Positions 38,423-52,571 of a stretch of 64,000 nt of DNA are shown one piece after another. Every line of letters begins with the position of its first letter. The stretch's first letter is position 1. A model generated the notes under the pieces. The model was not told where the DNA came from. It ran no database searches and worked only from the letters and a program-made list of their open reading frames with translations. The stretch is from Octopus sinensis (lineage: Eukaryota): positions 62,434,001 to 62,498,000 of the forward strand of contig NC_043008.1 of assembly GCF_006345805.1 (NCBI RefSeq). Reading direction: 5' to 3'. Position numbers and translations under genes: made by a program.

Positions 38423-39154
38423 GTGACGTATTTTTGCCATTTCAATATGGCTAACCCCTAAGGGTGGATGCTACTGTAGTTTTTAGCCCCAGGAGGACAC
38501 ACTCCTCCAGCTGGCCATAGACACACTATCTGTGTCCTGTCAGTATTTGCAAAGGGAAGTCATCCTTCCCGTCTTCAACTTATGATACACACGGACTCGA
38601 GTTTCGAGGTATTGACCTCTCGTCAGCGTGTGACAATCATAGTTGTCGCCGAGAATTAGATTTCCTTCACAAATACTTATACTTTTTCCAGCGCCCACTG
38701 TCGCTGATATTGAAAAAGTGAAATCAAACAATGATAAATATCAAAGTGAGTTATATACAGTAGCGGTAACACATCGTGACGTATTTTTGCCATTTCAATA
38801 TGGCTAACCCCTAAGGGTGGATGCTACTGTAGTTTTTAGCCCCAGGAGGACACACTCCTCCAGCTGGCCATAGACACACTATCTGTGTCCTGTCAGTATT
38901 TGCAAAGGGAAGTCAATACCTCGAAACTCGAGTCCGTGTGTATCATAAGTTGAAGACGGGAAGGATGACTTCCCTTTGCAAATACTGACAGGACACAGAT
39001 AGTGTGTCTATGGCCAGCTGGAGGAGTGTGTCCTCCTGGGGCTAAAAACTACAGTAGCATCCACCCTTAGGGGTTAGCCATATTGAAATGGCAAAAATAC
39101 GTCACGATGTGTTACCGCTACTGTATATAACTCACTTTGATATTTATCATTGTT
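38423..39154 (-). mobile_element. 353-bp HHR unit, 1.4 tandem copies plus an inverted 0.7 copy (retrozyme/PLE-like)
   Basis: gtgacgtatttttgcc at 38423 and 38776; inversion at gtca (38912-38915); copies look identical; inserted in (TA)n. Confidence 0.9.
38588..38632 (-). ncRNA. Canonical type I minimal hammerhead ribozyme
   Basis: cacacg-CTGACGA-gaggt-caat-acctc-GAAAC-tcga-GTC-cgtgtg. Perfect stems I and II, palindromic stem III ACTCGAGT, GUC site. Confidence 0.93.
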
Positions 39155-39520
39155 ATATATATATATATATATATATATACAGATACACATATGCACAAAC
39201 ATATATCTACGCACACATATATATATATATGTATGTACTTGTGTGTCTGTGTTTTTGTGTGCTGGTGGCGGTTGTATGCATGCATGGATTTGGATATTTC
39301 AATGCGAAAAACCGGAGAAGGGTGCTAAGTATATCTAGTCGAGATTATTTATTCATTTGAAACTAGTGTTTCACTTTGACTACTGACAGATGCTTTGTAA
39401 GTGTAATCCCTCTGGCTATAACAAGTCATTGTACATCTACATATATATATATATATATAGATATATATATATATATATAATACATACATACATACATACA
39501 TATATATATATATATATGTG

Positions 39521-39570
<50 letters not shown>

Positions 39571-39642
39571 TACATATATATACATATATATATATATAAT
39601 ATATATATACATACACATATATATATGCATATATATACATAT

Positions 39643-39699
<57 letters not shown>

Positions 39700-40229
39700 C
39701 ATATATATATACACACATGTGTGTATGCATATCTAAATATATATATGCATGATGCATGCAATTGATCAATGTATTTAAGTAAGTATGCATCTTCTCTTCA
39801 GCTCTGTTGTGTCTCAGAAGTATAAAAGCGTATATGTTATATGTTTCCATATATGTTTTCAACATAAATGATCAGTTCTTATTTCCTTTTTTTGTTTGTT
39901 ATGTTTTCCTCAAAAGTTCATGTTACATTTCATACGAACATGTGATTGCTAGGAGTTATTGTCTACCGAGATATTTATATTTTCTCTCTCCTTAGTTTGT
40001 GAAATAAACTATTTAAATCAATATAACACATATATATGTTGTTTCACCCACACAGAACAAATGTCATCCTTGCAGAAGCATTGTTGTGTATCATGATGTT
40101 TTTATCTTTTTTTCAATATATATATACCGTACAAGACATGCATACAAGCATACATGCATGCATGCATGCATAATATATCTATATATAATTACACACATAC
40201 ACAAACGTATATATGTAATATACATACAC

Positions 40230-40234
40230 ACAGA

Positions 40235-40266
<32 letters not shown>

Positions 40267-40351
40267 TAGATAAACTGACAGACAGGCAGACAGACAGGAA
40301 GGCAGACAGACAAACAGACAGATAGACAGATAGACAAACAGACAGACACAC

Positions 40352-40391
<40 letters not shown>

Positions 40392-40425
40392 GGATAGATA
40401 GATAGATAGATAGATAGGCAAATAG
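40230..40425. repeat. (GATA)/(GACA) microsatellite
   Basis: Direct reading. Confidence 0.95.
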
Positions 40426-40894
40426 ATTGTGACATACATATATTTTTTCAGTCTATTCTTTGCAGCTTCTCAATTGAACGAAGTTTTCTAGATCTTACTC
40501 ATATCTGATGAAGATATTCCAGCAGTACCTTCTTATCTTTATTTTTCTTTTAATCTGACACAAGTACAGCCAGGTGGTTAAGATATGTGTTTCGCATTCA
40601 TGTTGCTACAACTGCTACAAGCTTCATCTGATTGCATATATGTATATATATATATATATATACTAACAATATAGGATGAAGTCCCTTTCCCTACAGAAAA
40701 GGATTCCATCAAAAAGCGTGGCAGTATATTAAAAAAAAAACCTTTACGGTTGAAGTATAAACATCTTATAATTAAGTGCTAAAGAAGGTTATTCTAAAGC
40801 CAATACACTGATTTATCCACTTATAATCCACTTGTTACAGGAAAATTGAACTGAAAGCGGGCAACTAACCTTTAGAAAATTTAAATTTCATTAT

Positions 40895-40955
40895 CTCTAT
40901 ATTGAATCAATTTCGGAATTAATTCTTATAAAGGATATATTCTTCTTCAGTAGAG
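40895..40955 (-). ncRNA. Type I hammerhead ribozyme motif (AUA site)
   Basis: ctcta-CTGAAGA-a-gaat...attc-c-GAA-attgattcaat-A-tagag. Confidence 0.65.
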
Positions 40956-41172
40956 CTTACGAGGGAACATAAATAAAATACTCACATGTGATCATATATA
41001 TATATGAGCAGTATTAGTATCCAGAAGACCCAAGTTAAGGCAACTGTAACATCCTACATATATTTTTATTTTTATTCTCTTATTTCCTTCTGTACTTCCA
41101 ATGGCCATCCTTTTCCAATATAACTCCTTATATTGAACTCTACTATTTCCTTCTAGTTAACTCTCTCATATC

Positions 41173-41220
41173 GTCTCTGATGAAGGGGTATCCATAATAT
41201 CTCTGAAACAGCTGTAAGAC
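41173..41220 (+). ncRNA. Canonical type I minimal hammerhead ribozyme
   Basis: gtct-CTGATGA-aggggtat-ccata-atatctct-GAAAC-agct-GTA-agac; palindromic stem III ACAGCTGT. Confidence 0.88.
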
Positions 41221-41761
41221 TACCTTTCTCTTTTTAAATGTCCTGTAAATTCCATCCACCCTTGGCTCTGTTGTCTCATTTAATTTAACACACACACATA
41301 CACATGCACACGTATGTATACACACACACACACACACACTCACACACACACACCCTCACACACTCACACACTCACAAACTCACACACACTCTCACACACA
41401 CACATACATAAAATAAGTATAAAGCTGAAAGGAAGAATGAATGTATAGTGACAAAAAAACAAAAACCATACCCAAATATAACAATGGAAGATGGACAATG
41501 ATGACAACAACGATGATGATGATGGTGATGATGAATATATATATATGTGTGTATACATATGTGTATGCAAATATGTATATATGTATGTATACAGAATAGG
41601 TTTCTTTCAGTTTCTGTCTGCTAAATTCATTCACAAGGCCTTGGTCACCTCAGGGCTATAGTAGAAAACACTTGCCCAAGATGCCATACAGTGGGACTGA
41701 ACCAAGAAGCATGTGACTGAAAAGAAGCTTCTTACCATACACTAGTTAACTCTCTCATATC

Positions 41762-41810
41762 GTCTCTGATAAAGGGATATCCCTAATATCCCAGAAACAG
41801 CTGTTAAGAC
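41762..41810 (+). ncRNA. Second, mutated copy of the 41173 hammerhead (G8A)
   Basis: gtct-CTGATAA-agggatat..atatccca-GAAAC-agct-GTT-aagac, with the same upstream ctagttaactctctcatatc. Confidence 0.7.
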
Positions 41811-42127
41811 CACACATACGAAATAGTTACTCTGATATAAAAATCAGATATGCAGGAAATGGCATTGAACATTAAGGGGATCACACATTAACCTCACATA
41901 TTATAGAAAATGCCACCCTACTCTCTACTGTAACCCCATTCAATGGAAAGCATTTAGTTTTTAGGTTGCATAGTAACCTCTGTTGGGTTAGTGTCATGGA
42001 AAATGCACCCAGTGTACTCTGTAAAGTAGTTGACATTAGGAAGGGCATCCAGCCATGGAAACCATGTCAAAACAGACATTCGTTTGATCTTTGACCTGCA
42101 GTTGAATGCAAAACAACAATATATAAT

Positions 42128-42380
42128 AGGCTGAGATGTGGCTATATGGTAAGAAGCTTGCTTCCTAATGACATGGTTCCAGTTTCATTGCATGGCATCT
42201 TGGGCACGTGTCTTCTACTATAGCTTCGAGCCGACCAAAGCCTTGTGAGTGGATTTGTTTGATGGAAACCGAAACAAGTCATCATGTGTGTGTGTGTGTG
42301 TGTGTCTTTGTATCTTTGATTGTCCCCACCAAATCGCTTAACAACTGGTGTTGGTGTGTTTACGTTTCTGTAACTTAGCT
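42128..42380 (+). mobile_element. SINE family A, diverged
   Basis: Head, core and (TG)n segment recognisable. Confidence 0.8.
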
Positions 42381-42478
42381 CCTGTCAAAAATTCCAGTTG
42401 ATGTCAGCATGAATCATGGACATTAACTTTTTGATGTCATTGACAATGGTGACAACGATTGCTATGACAGTTCAGGTG

Positions 42479-42512
<34 letters not shown>

Positions 42513-42762
42513 TGGTGGCGACAGTGACATCAGCAACAACAGCCATCCAAGAATTTGGACATGGAGATCTCCATTTCCAGTGACTTCGAGGGCCACCTCC
42601 CAGTGGTGTCGGGCATCAACGAAGAGTTCTCGACTACAACAAGACGACCAAAGTTTTTTTTTTTCCAAGGTCTAGGGTCTCCCGCCCCTAAGCTCTAGAC
42701 CGTCACCTAATCACCCTTACCCGTCTTGTTGCTTAACAACAACAACAACAACAACAACAACA

Positions 42763-42794
<32 letters not shown>

Positions 42795-43832
42795 GACGAT
42801 GATTATGAAGACTGGATGAATGAGTGAATGAATAAAAGAAAGTAGGGGGTAGAATATTTCCATTAAAGAAGTATCAGAAAAAATATTATTACACTAAGTG
42901 GGGGCCACAATAAGTTGTTCATATTTGATATCTCATAAGAAAATCATAAATTAAAGCAGATATTAAGTGTATTTTGAGTAAATGAGATAAGCACTATACT
43001 CTAGAAAGTAGTTAAATAAACCTGTGTTGGAACTGTAAATATTATATGCACAAAGCCACAAATGTCAGTAGGACAGATTTAATTCTTGAAAATAATTCTT
43101 AAAGAAAATTGTGGATTATTGATTTGATATATCCTAGATAGATGAAGGGAAAGAAAGCATTTGAGTAAAATAGTTATTGAAACCAAAAATAAAAGAAAAA
43201 TTATATGTAGTTTGTGCTTGAAATGTATTAAATATAAAAATGATATATGATACAAAGTAAAACGAATCTGATTGGTCGACTGGGCAGAGAAAGGGTTATG
43301 AGAAAAACTAATGTTTGACAAAATGTATCCAGTAGTTGCAGGAAACCTGATCTGTGTTAAAGAAAAGAAAAGAAAAGCAAAACATTGGGGAAAGTACCAA
43401 TCTTCTTTGTTGTTGTCATCATCATCTTCATAGAACTTTTCTGTGCTTGCATCAGTTGAATTAAATCTGTTGAGGCAGCAGAATATCTAAAGTGTGAGAT
43501 CTTGGTAGAGAGAGGACTGCTTCAGTACATGGCTTTTATTCATTTAGCCCTTTAGCATTCAAACCAGCCATATCCAACCAAAATGTTCTTCCTGTTTTAT
43601 GTTCAAACTAGTATTATAACCCGATTTCATTCAGGTCTACTCGATGAGGAATTTAAAAAAAAAAACGAAAATTATATTAAAAATTTAAAAGAAAATGAGG
43701 GCAAAAAGCACTTGTTTTTTCACAATGAAAAATCGTTTCCTAGTAGCTGGAATTAAAAACAAGTGAATTAAATACATACTTACAGCACTCAAAAACACAC
43801 CTCAAGCTTGGCGATAATAACAATAATTTTAT

Positions 43833-44033
43833 TAGTTTCAGCCATTTGACTGTGGCCATGCTGAAGCACTGCCTTTAGTCAAGCAAATCGACCCCAGAAC
43901 TTATTCTTTGTAAGCCAAGTACTTATCCTATCAGTCTCTCTTGCTGAACCGCTAAGTGACGGGGACATAAACACACCAGCATCGGTTGTCAAGCGACGTT
44001 GTTGGGGACAAACACAGACATACAAAAATATAC

Positions 44034-44130
<97 letters not shown>

Positions 44131-44290
44131 GACGGGCTTCTTTCAGTTTCCGTCTGCCAAATCCACTCACAAGGCTTTGGTTGGCCCGATGCTATAGTAG
44201 AAGACACTTGCTCAAGGCGCCATGCAGTGGGACTGAACTCGGAACCATGTGGTTGGGAAGCAAGCTACTTATCACACACCCAATCCTGCG
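43833..44290 (-). mobile_element. SINE family A, full length
   Basis: Colinear with other A copies. Confidence 0.9.
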
Positions 44291-45816
44291 AATAATAATG
44301 ATGATGATAGCAATGATGATGATAGTGATGATGATGATGATAAATTAGATTATTTTATAGTGAGAGAAAATTGCTTTCTTCTTGAAGATACAATCACTTG
44401 GAAGAATGGCTTTAACACTGCAATATATAAGAAGATAGTTTATAAAATTCCCATGAATGTACTAGCCTGAAATTAAACTTTCATAATGCTTAAAGGATGA
44501 CTGGTAGCTGAGATGTGCAGTTGGTGAGGTGAAATTGCCATTTGAAGAATATTGTGCAGAGAAACCGAAATAAAGAAAAAAAATAATTCATGAATAAAAT
44601 AGTAATATTTTGGCAAGCATGGTTGAGAGGAAGAGAAGAAGAAAAGCAAAATAAGATTCTGCAACATGATTTCTAGTCATTTCGGTGAAATGGATGTTGA
44701 ATGAAAAAATTAAATAAGTATGACATTTGGATATCGTTTGAAACTATTTAGGAAGAAAGGTTACAGGATAATATGGACAATCTATGGCATTTACATATCA
44801 TTGTGAACTATTTCTGTAAAATGAATTCACAAGAAAGCAGATTTAATGTAGTGTTTAGTTAGACACTACTGCGTAACATTTCTTGAATATTTCTCAAGAA
44901 AATATTTATTACACCAACTGTACTGTATAGAGCAAGTCACTCTATGAAATTACAAGCTAAAGGTGGGTAACAAGTCTATTATTAGGTATTATTTTCCAGC
45001 AAGACAGATTCTTTTTATTGTCTCCAGTGTCAGAAAAAGAAAGAGAGAGAGAGAGAGAAAGAAAAGGAGAGATTTAACAAGATTCTTTTCCATTGGTATC
45101 TGAGAGAAATAATATGTTTATGGTCAATAACTACTTCTCATCTACATAAATGCCCTTTATTGAAAACGTGATGTTATCCATGACGGAAACATTTTTCTTG
45201 TATATTTCCTTTACGAACCCAGATATTTCTATAATTGCTGCCTGTTTCTATAGAACAGAACAAAAGACAGAGACTAAAAAGGGACACAGAAGAATAGGAA
45301 ATAATTGTCATAACAGTGATTAATTTCCTAAATATGATCATAAGTGTAACACTCATTATAATTCTCATCACTTAATATCTCTTTGCCTGTAATTCTAAAC
45401 ACAGTTCTGACCTTGGTTTGCTTGTTTTTCCATTCTAGATGCCTCACACCAGAATTTCCTAGGTACAACTTTCAACATCAAAGCAAAATGAAAAGTCTAA
45501 TAACTTGACAATGATTATAATTAAGACTGTATATTGTAGACAAAACAGAAATCATTGAAGACAATTCTTTCTAAATTAATCAAGAATAAAAAATAACTTA
45601 ATAATTATAGTTCCAGTGCAATGTGAACTGAGTGTAATCTGGGAATCTAAAGAATCCAAACTGTCAGCATCAAAAACAAAAAACAAGAATGTAAAAAATT
45701 AATACAAAGGATTAATATAAAGTTGCAAGGATGAAATGAGAAAAAAGTATCTAATGGTTTTCACAGTGACATTATAATTCCATATATACACAATACTCCT
45801 TTTCTTTTGTTTTTCA

Positions 45817-45987
45817 AGCACCGACTACACTCTCGGAGTTGTTGACATTAGGAAGGGCATCCAGCTGTAGAAACTGCCAGATCAGATTGGAGTCTGGTGC
45901 AGCCATCTGGTTCGCCAGCAATCAGTCAAATCATCCAACCCATGCTAGCATGGAAAGTGGACGTTAAAGGATGATGATGAAGATGAT
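45817..45987 (+). mobile_element. RTE LINE 3' end copy
   Basis: taggaagggcatccagctgtagaaac...catgctagcatggaaagtggacgttaaa then (GAT)n. Confidence 0.85.
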
Positions 45988-46845
45988 GAAACTCTGCTTT
46001 TCTTCCAAGAGCAAGAATTGTCCAAGATTTTGAATACTTTTTATTTCTCCTCTACAGGGTAAAACTAATAATTATAAACTGTAGACTGTGGTATTTTCTC
46101 CTTTCCTTCATCCTCATTTCATGTCCGTCTTTAATGGTGGCATGGCGGGACAATTTGACAGGGTCTGACAAACCCAAGTCTCCATTGGGTTCCTCTGTCT
46201 ACTTTGATATGGCTTCAATAGCAAGATGCTCTTCCTTATGCAAACCATTTTACAGCATATACAGGATGCTTTTATGGGCCACTATCATTACTGGTGAGGT
46301 CACCATATAGCTTGCAAGAATATGAGCCCCACAAGAGATGTATTTATGCTAAGAAATGAGGGACTAAAGCATTAGAGAAAGAACCATAGCAGAAAAGATT
46401 TCTTGCTGTAGAAGGACTACATTACTAAACACATTTTAGACGTAAGAGCCAGGCTGATCAGGTTGGAATGGATAAGAGAGTAAATAGAATTAATGAAGTG
46501 CCTGTGTGTAACCTCAAGTTATAAGGTGAGCAGAAAGGGAATAGGTGAAGAACAACCAAGGGTATGGGTGCGTACATATTGCAAATGCATATAGCAGAGT
46601 GAGAAGCAAAGGATAGGGAATACAGAGAACTATAAATGAGTGTTGAGTGGATGATAAGTAGGAGAGACAGGGGAGAGTAGGTGATGACTGTAGAGATGGG
46701 ATGGGTTTGAAGAGTAGACAATATGCATGGTGGATAAGAGTTGGATTCACCAATTGTTCATAGGGCCAGAAGCAACAGAATAGTAACAATGACATAGTAG
46801 ACAAGAGGAAGATGAGAGAGTGAGAGATAAAGTATTTGTGCAGGT

Positions 46846-46891
<46 letters not shown>

Positions 46892-48270
46892 TTAGGAGAA
46901 GTAACTGAGTTTATGGAATACTGGAATACTGGTTATTTAGAATGTTGATCATAATATTACAGTTTAATAAATTGTAATCTAAATATATCAGAATTTAAGA
47001 AATTTTTATAATTTATGTAAAAAGTCATTCTTAGTTTTGATATAAAATTCTTTCACATTACAAACAAATTGGAAATGAATCTATTATATTCTGAAGTGCA
47101 AAATATTTGCTATTAATCTCTCAAAATGACCCTCATTCATTATGCAGCCAGACCTGTACCACAGAGTTTAGGTTCGTTCACCAATATCAAACAGTTGTTA
47201 ATTCTTTGTAACACAAATAAATCAACAGTTGATTTTAAATTTGATGAACACCTTAAATTAAATGCTATCTAAAAAGGTTACATTGAAGAAAATTTTATTA
47301 GATACATGATGCAAAAAGGTAATAGAATATTATTTCAGTGTCACATATATACAATTAGAGATTAATCTCTATTTTGCTGGCTTCCAAACTGTTCTGGATC
47401 TATGATAAAAGTCCCTGTTTTAAATTGGTTTACATTAAAACCATTTAAAGTGATCTAAATTGAAACTTTTATCCAAAATTTCCTGTTTATTTTTGGCCCT
47501 CATACCAGTTTAATAACAAAATTATTTTTAACAAAAGTTTCACAATTTTCTAAATTATTCGGAGCAAAGCAGTTTATTACAACAGAAGTTTGGAAATTAA
47601 AGGTCTAAGAAATGTATATTATTATTTATGTTTCGAATCCAGCTAAAAACAAAAATGTTTTTATGTAGTCCAGTGAGGTCTAGCACTCATGACTGGTAGT
47701 GAACCTTTTAATAGTGTGGAAGTAGATGCAACAGAAGTACTGCTAGAATATCTGAGAGTTGATACATCTAGGAAAACATAGGCAAGGAGGAAATTTGAGA
47801 GAATTTCAAATCTGGAGATATTTTTCTTGAGTAATATATTTCTGTAGGAATAAAACCAAGTAGGATAAGTGAGCATATTAGCTGAGTTAAGTAGAAAGCA
47901 ATACATATTCTAGCTTGGACAAACAATAAAAATAGAAGAGACCAAAGAAGAGCACTGTTTTTCTGAATTTCAGTGAGAGTTTTTGAAAGACTATCCAACT
48001 GAAAAATATTTGCACCAAGTATATCATTCAGCAGGTTGAATTTCCAGAACTATCTTCTCAAAAGAAGTAGAGGCATAAATATTTTCAATGAAAATATTTT
48101 TACAAAATGTCATAACTAGACAAGAACAAGTTATTAACTAGATTGTTTTTATTTCTAAAATGTTATAGTATGATATTTTGATAGATATCTAATATGGTAC
48201 CTGTTTTCATTACTGAGAATAAAGGAGAAAAAAATTCTGCAGCTGGACCTTATCTTTCAGTGTGTGAGTG

Positions 48271-48303
<33 letters not shown>

Positions 48304-48619
48304 TTATAGCATAGCTAGCCATTTTTGAATAAGCTCAAGGAAACAGACTTTTCCTTTAGTTTAAAGATATTCAAATTCTTTCTACGCAGTATTTCAACTA
48401 ATATATGTCCTATACACTTTACTTTGCATTCATTTTAATACTGCTGATTATTTGTTTATTTGTTTGTTTGTTTGTTTTTTTTGCTGTGAAGACGGTCTCT
48501 TTCTTCATCTGCTATCTTAATTCATTTTCATCCTTACTTTACCATTCAAAAGTACAGCATCATTTCTATGAAAGCCTGACAAAAGGACTAATCAAGTATC
48601 TCCAGAAAAGTTTTATATA

Positions 48620-48632
48620 ACTAAATACATAC

Positions 48633-48717
<85 letters not shown>

Positions 48718-48800
48718 ATATATTATATATATATATATGTATATATGTATATACATATATATATATATATATATATAATATATATATATATGTATATATG

Positions 48801-48856
<56 letters not shown>

Positions 48857-48869
48857 TATATATATATAT

Positions 48870-48915
<46 letters not shown>
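48620..48915. repeat. Long (TA)n microsatellite (representative; others near 18.8, 33.4, 37.3, 39.5, 49.8, 57.3 kb)
   Basis: Direct reading. Confidence 0.95.
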
Positions 48916-48916
<1 letters not shown>

Positions 48917-49771
48917 TAGATGCACAAAAATTCCTTGTGCTATTAATCTGTTTGTATTACAAGCATTTCCCTTAAGCCTTCCACTTGACAGCAAGAAGCA
49001 ATCAAAATGTATAAACTGTTCCTTTCAAAGTTTACTCTCGTAATAATTGAACTGAAGTTTGAGAATAAATGTTTCCCCATTGTGTTACCTGTTCATTGAG
49101 CAAAATATGCTGAATTCATAAGACAGACATATAGAAAACAAATTTAATTAGGTTTAATATTACTCCTTGAGAAAGAAGCTCATTGAAAATACATACAGGT
49201 TTACTGCAGGTGATCTATCTAAATGGGACAGAGTTTTTGACATACCTATGAGGATAGCATGCAATATTAAATAATTCTAGATAAAAGCGAACAAGTTTAA
49301 ATGTCTTCCATATAAACAAAACAGAAAATAGTTTGAATTTTCATGCTATTGTTTACAAGACCACATTTTAAATCTTGGCATTAAAGACGTCTAAGTTTAG
49401 AATTAAGAAGAATTTGTCATGTAGCAACTGTAGCTTTTACTTATATCATTAGAGATTCCAATTTCCTCTGAAGTTTATACAGAGTAATTATATTAACCAT
49501 CCTGTTTATATTCATTTCTATGAGTCTATTGAATTGTGTAGCTCCTATGTATAGCTATGCCTATGTTGTAATCGTTTTTTTTTTTTTTCTGCTTATTGTT
49601 TTCTGTCATATGATAAATATGTAGCCAGGTTTTTTTGTTCATCGTATATCAAATATATAACTGCATTGTATAGTCTACAATGCAGTAAAAACATTGTCAT
49701 ATTGCAATCTGCAATATCACATGCATACATACATTCATACATACAGGCACACACACACACAAACATACATA

Positions 49772-49832
<61 letters not shown>

Positions 49833-50394
49833 ATGCATATATATATATATATATGAAATTATACATACTTGTGCACTCACATATATACACAGATATGCAT
49901 ACATGTATGTGTATGTGTGTGTGTTTGTGTGTGTGCATGTGTGATATAATATATTCATATATCAATCAATGGAGATAGTAAATCATTGTATAGCAGTCAT
50001 TGAATGATTCAATGACTATAGCGAGGAAACGGTGCTTCAGAATAATTTTCAGAATCCAGTTTGATGGAAGCAGTAGTAGTAGAGTGAGCAATAAAACGGT
50101 TATAGCATTTATTTTCACCTGGTTAGATTTCGATTTCAAATCCTACCAAAGACTGACATTGCTTTTCATTTTTCTGAGATTGATAAAATAAGAATCGGTC
50201 AAGTACTGATGTCAATGCATTTGAGAAAATACTCTCCTAAAAATTCTCATCTTTTGTCTATGTAAGAAATCATTACATATTTACATATTTACAATGAAGT
50301 GGTCATTGGAAAATTTAATAGTGTTATCTATGTATAGCTGAAAGTGATGGATAGCTTATGTAAAATAAAGTATGGGGATTTATAGATGTTTTCT

Positions 50395-50807
50395 AGGTGT
50401 AGGAGTGGCTGTGTGGTAAGTAGCTTGCTTACCAACCACATGGCTCCAGGTTCAGTCCCACTGCGTGGCACCTTGGGAAAGTGTCTTCTACTATAGCCTC
50501 GGGCCAACCAAAACCTTGTGAGTGGATTTGGTAGACGGAAACTGAAAGAAGCCTGTTGTACATATATATATATATATATATGCATGTGTGTGTGTGTATG
50601 TATGTGTGCCTGTGTTTGTCACCCCAACATTGCTTGACAACCGATGGTGGTGTGTTTGCGTCCCCTTAACTTAGTGGTTCAGCAAAATAGAATAAGTATT
50701 AGGCTGACAAAGAATAAGTCCTGGGGTCGATTTGTTCGACTAAAGGTGGTGCTCCAGCACGATCAGTCAAATGACTGAAACAAGTAAAATAGTAAAAGAG
50801 TAAAGAG
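50395..50807 (+). mobile_element. SINE family A, full length
   Basis: aggagtggctgtgtggtaagtagc head through to gactgaaacaagtaaaa tail. Confidence 0.92.
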
Positions 50808-51904
50808 CCAAATTGTGAATAAAAGGGGTGATTAGTGGTTTGAATCAGACTTGGTTTAACATTGTTTTACTGGGTCAAATAGGATTGGACAAGGTAGATG
50901 ATATTTTGCAGACAGATACCTTTCCTGTCATCAACTCTCAGTTGTTTCCTAGTAATATAATATGATATATCCCCCCCTTAACCCAGACACGTCGTCATGG
51001 AAGAATGGAAGTGACTGACATTACTTTTATGATGATGACACTGATATAACTATGATGCAATGTCAAGACAAAGAGGCATACAAACACACAACATGCACAC
51101 ACACACGCATACACACATACACACACACATGTACACATATACACACACACACACACTCAAATAAATACAGTGGGCTTTTTCAGTTCCTGTCTACCAAACC
51201 TACTGACAAGGCTTTGGTTAGTTCAGGGCTATAGCAGAAGATACTTAACCAAGGTGCCATGCGGTGGAACTAAACTCATGTGTTAATAAAAAAAGAATTT
51301 TTTAATGATACTGCTATTAAAGGTTACATCATAACATGAGGATCATATTCTGATGATTAGAAAATGAAGCAGATTTTTTGGGACATACCAAAAATCTTTC
51401 CATTCAGTGTTTTCTTAAAGTGTATTCTTAGAAAGGCCGGGGTTCTCTGGAAGATTTGAGTTCCAAGAGATTAAGAACATTTTATAAGAATTTATTTTAT
51501 AAAATATTTCCAGCCTTATCACCCCTTGCAGTCATTGTAGAAAAATATAGATTACCTTAATCTCATTGGTAAGGGACCTGTGAAGCTCAGGGCACAGCCT
51601 CTTCCTAAAGATTATTTGATAAAAATAAAGAATAAAAGATTATACCTGTATAACAAAAATGGTGAATATAGAGCTTCTCAATGTAGATTCTGTGAAAAAT
51701 TTTCTGGAGTTCTACAAGATACTGTATTATTTAATGAAATCTAATAAAAAAAAATTATCAAAAAAATTATATTTACCATTTTCAGAATAATGCTATATAT
51801 CTTACCAACTCAATAAATTCTCTCCATAAAACAATGTTCGTTTCATTTAATATTTTATTTAAATTAGGGCGGCAGAAATTGCCTCTAAAATTTATATTTG
51901 TGTC

Positions 51905-52121
51905 TTTAGTCTTTCTTTTAGTCTTTTACTTGTTTCAGTCATTTGACTGCGGCCATGCTGGAGCACCGCCTTTAGTCGAGCAAATCGACCCCGGGACTTA
52001 TTCTTTGTAAGCCCAGTACTCATTCTATCGGTTTCTTTTGCCGAACCGCTAAGTGATGGGGACGTAAACACACCAGCATCGGTTGTCAAGCAATGCTAGG
52101 GGGACAAACACAGACACACAA

Positions 52122-52168
<47 letters not shown>

Positions 52169-52334
52169 TACGACAGGCTCCTTTCAGTTTCCGTCTACCA
52201 AATCCACTCACAAGGCATTGGTCAGCCCGGGGCTATAGCAGAAGACACTTGCCCAAGATGCCATGCAGTGGGACTGAACCCGGAACCATGTGGTTGGTTA
52301 GCAAGCTACTTACCACACAGCCACTCCTGCGCCT
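51905..52334 (-). mobile_element. SINE family A, full length, young subfamily
   Basis: Shares diagnostic bases (gcattggtc, ggggctatagcag, aatgctagggg) with 34751-35161. Confidence 0.92.
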
Positions 52335-52365
52335 ATGTGTTCTGTGATTTTTTGTGGAAGCCATA

Positions 52366-52571
52366 CAAGGGGAGCTGTAAAGTTCCTGGCTTTGGGTAAA
52401 AGAAAATACAGGATCAATTAATTATGATTTTATTCAACATATTCCCCTCTCAGATTCACACACTTATTGCAGTATTGCTTCAGTTTTTCTAAACTCTGAA
52501 AAAGAATGTTGGACCTCCAACCAAGCCTTTCACGATACCATTATAGCCAGGAACTTTTCAGCACCCCCTCG
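52366..52571. mobile_element. Tc1/mariner MITE
   Basis: TIRs caaggggagctgtaaagttcctggct and agccaggaacttttcagcaccccctcg; TA on both flanks. Confidence 0.85.
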
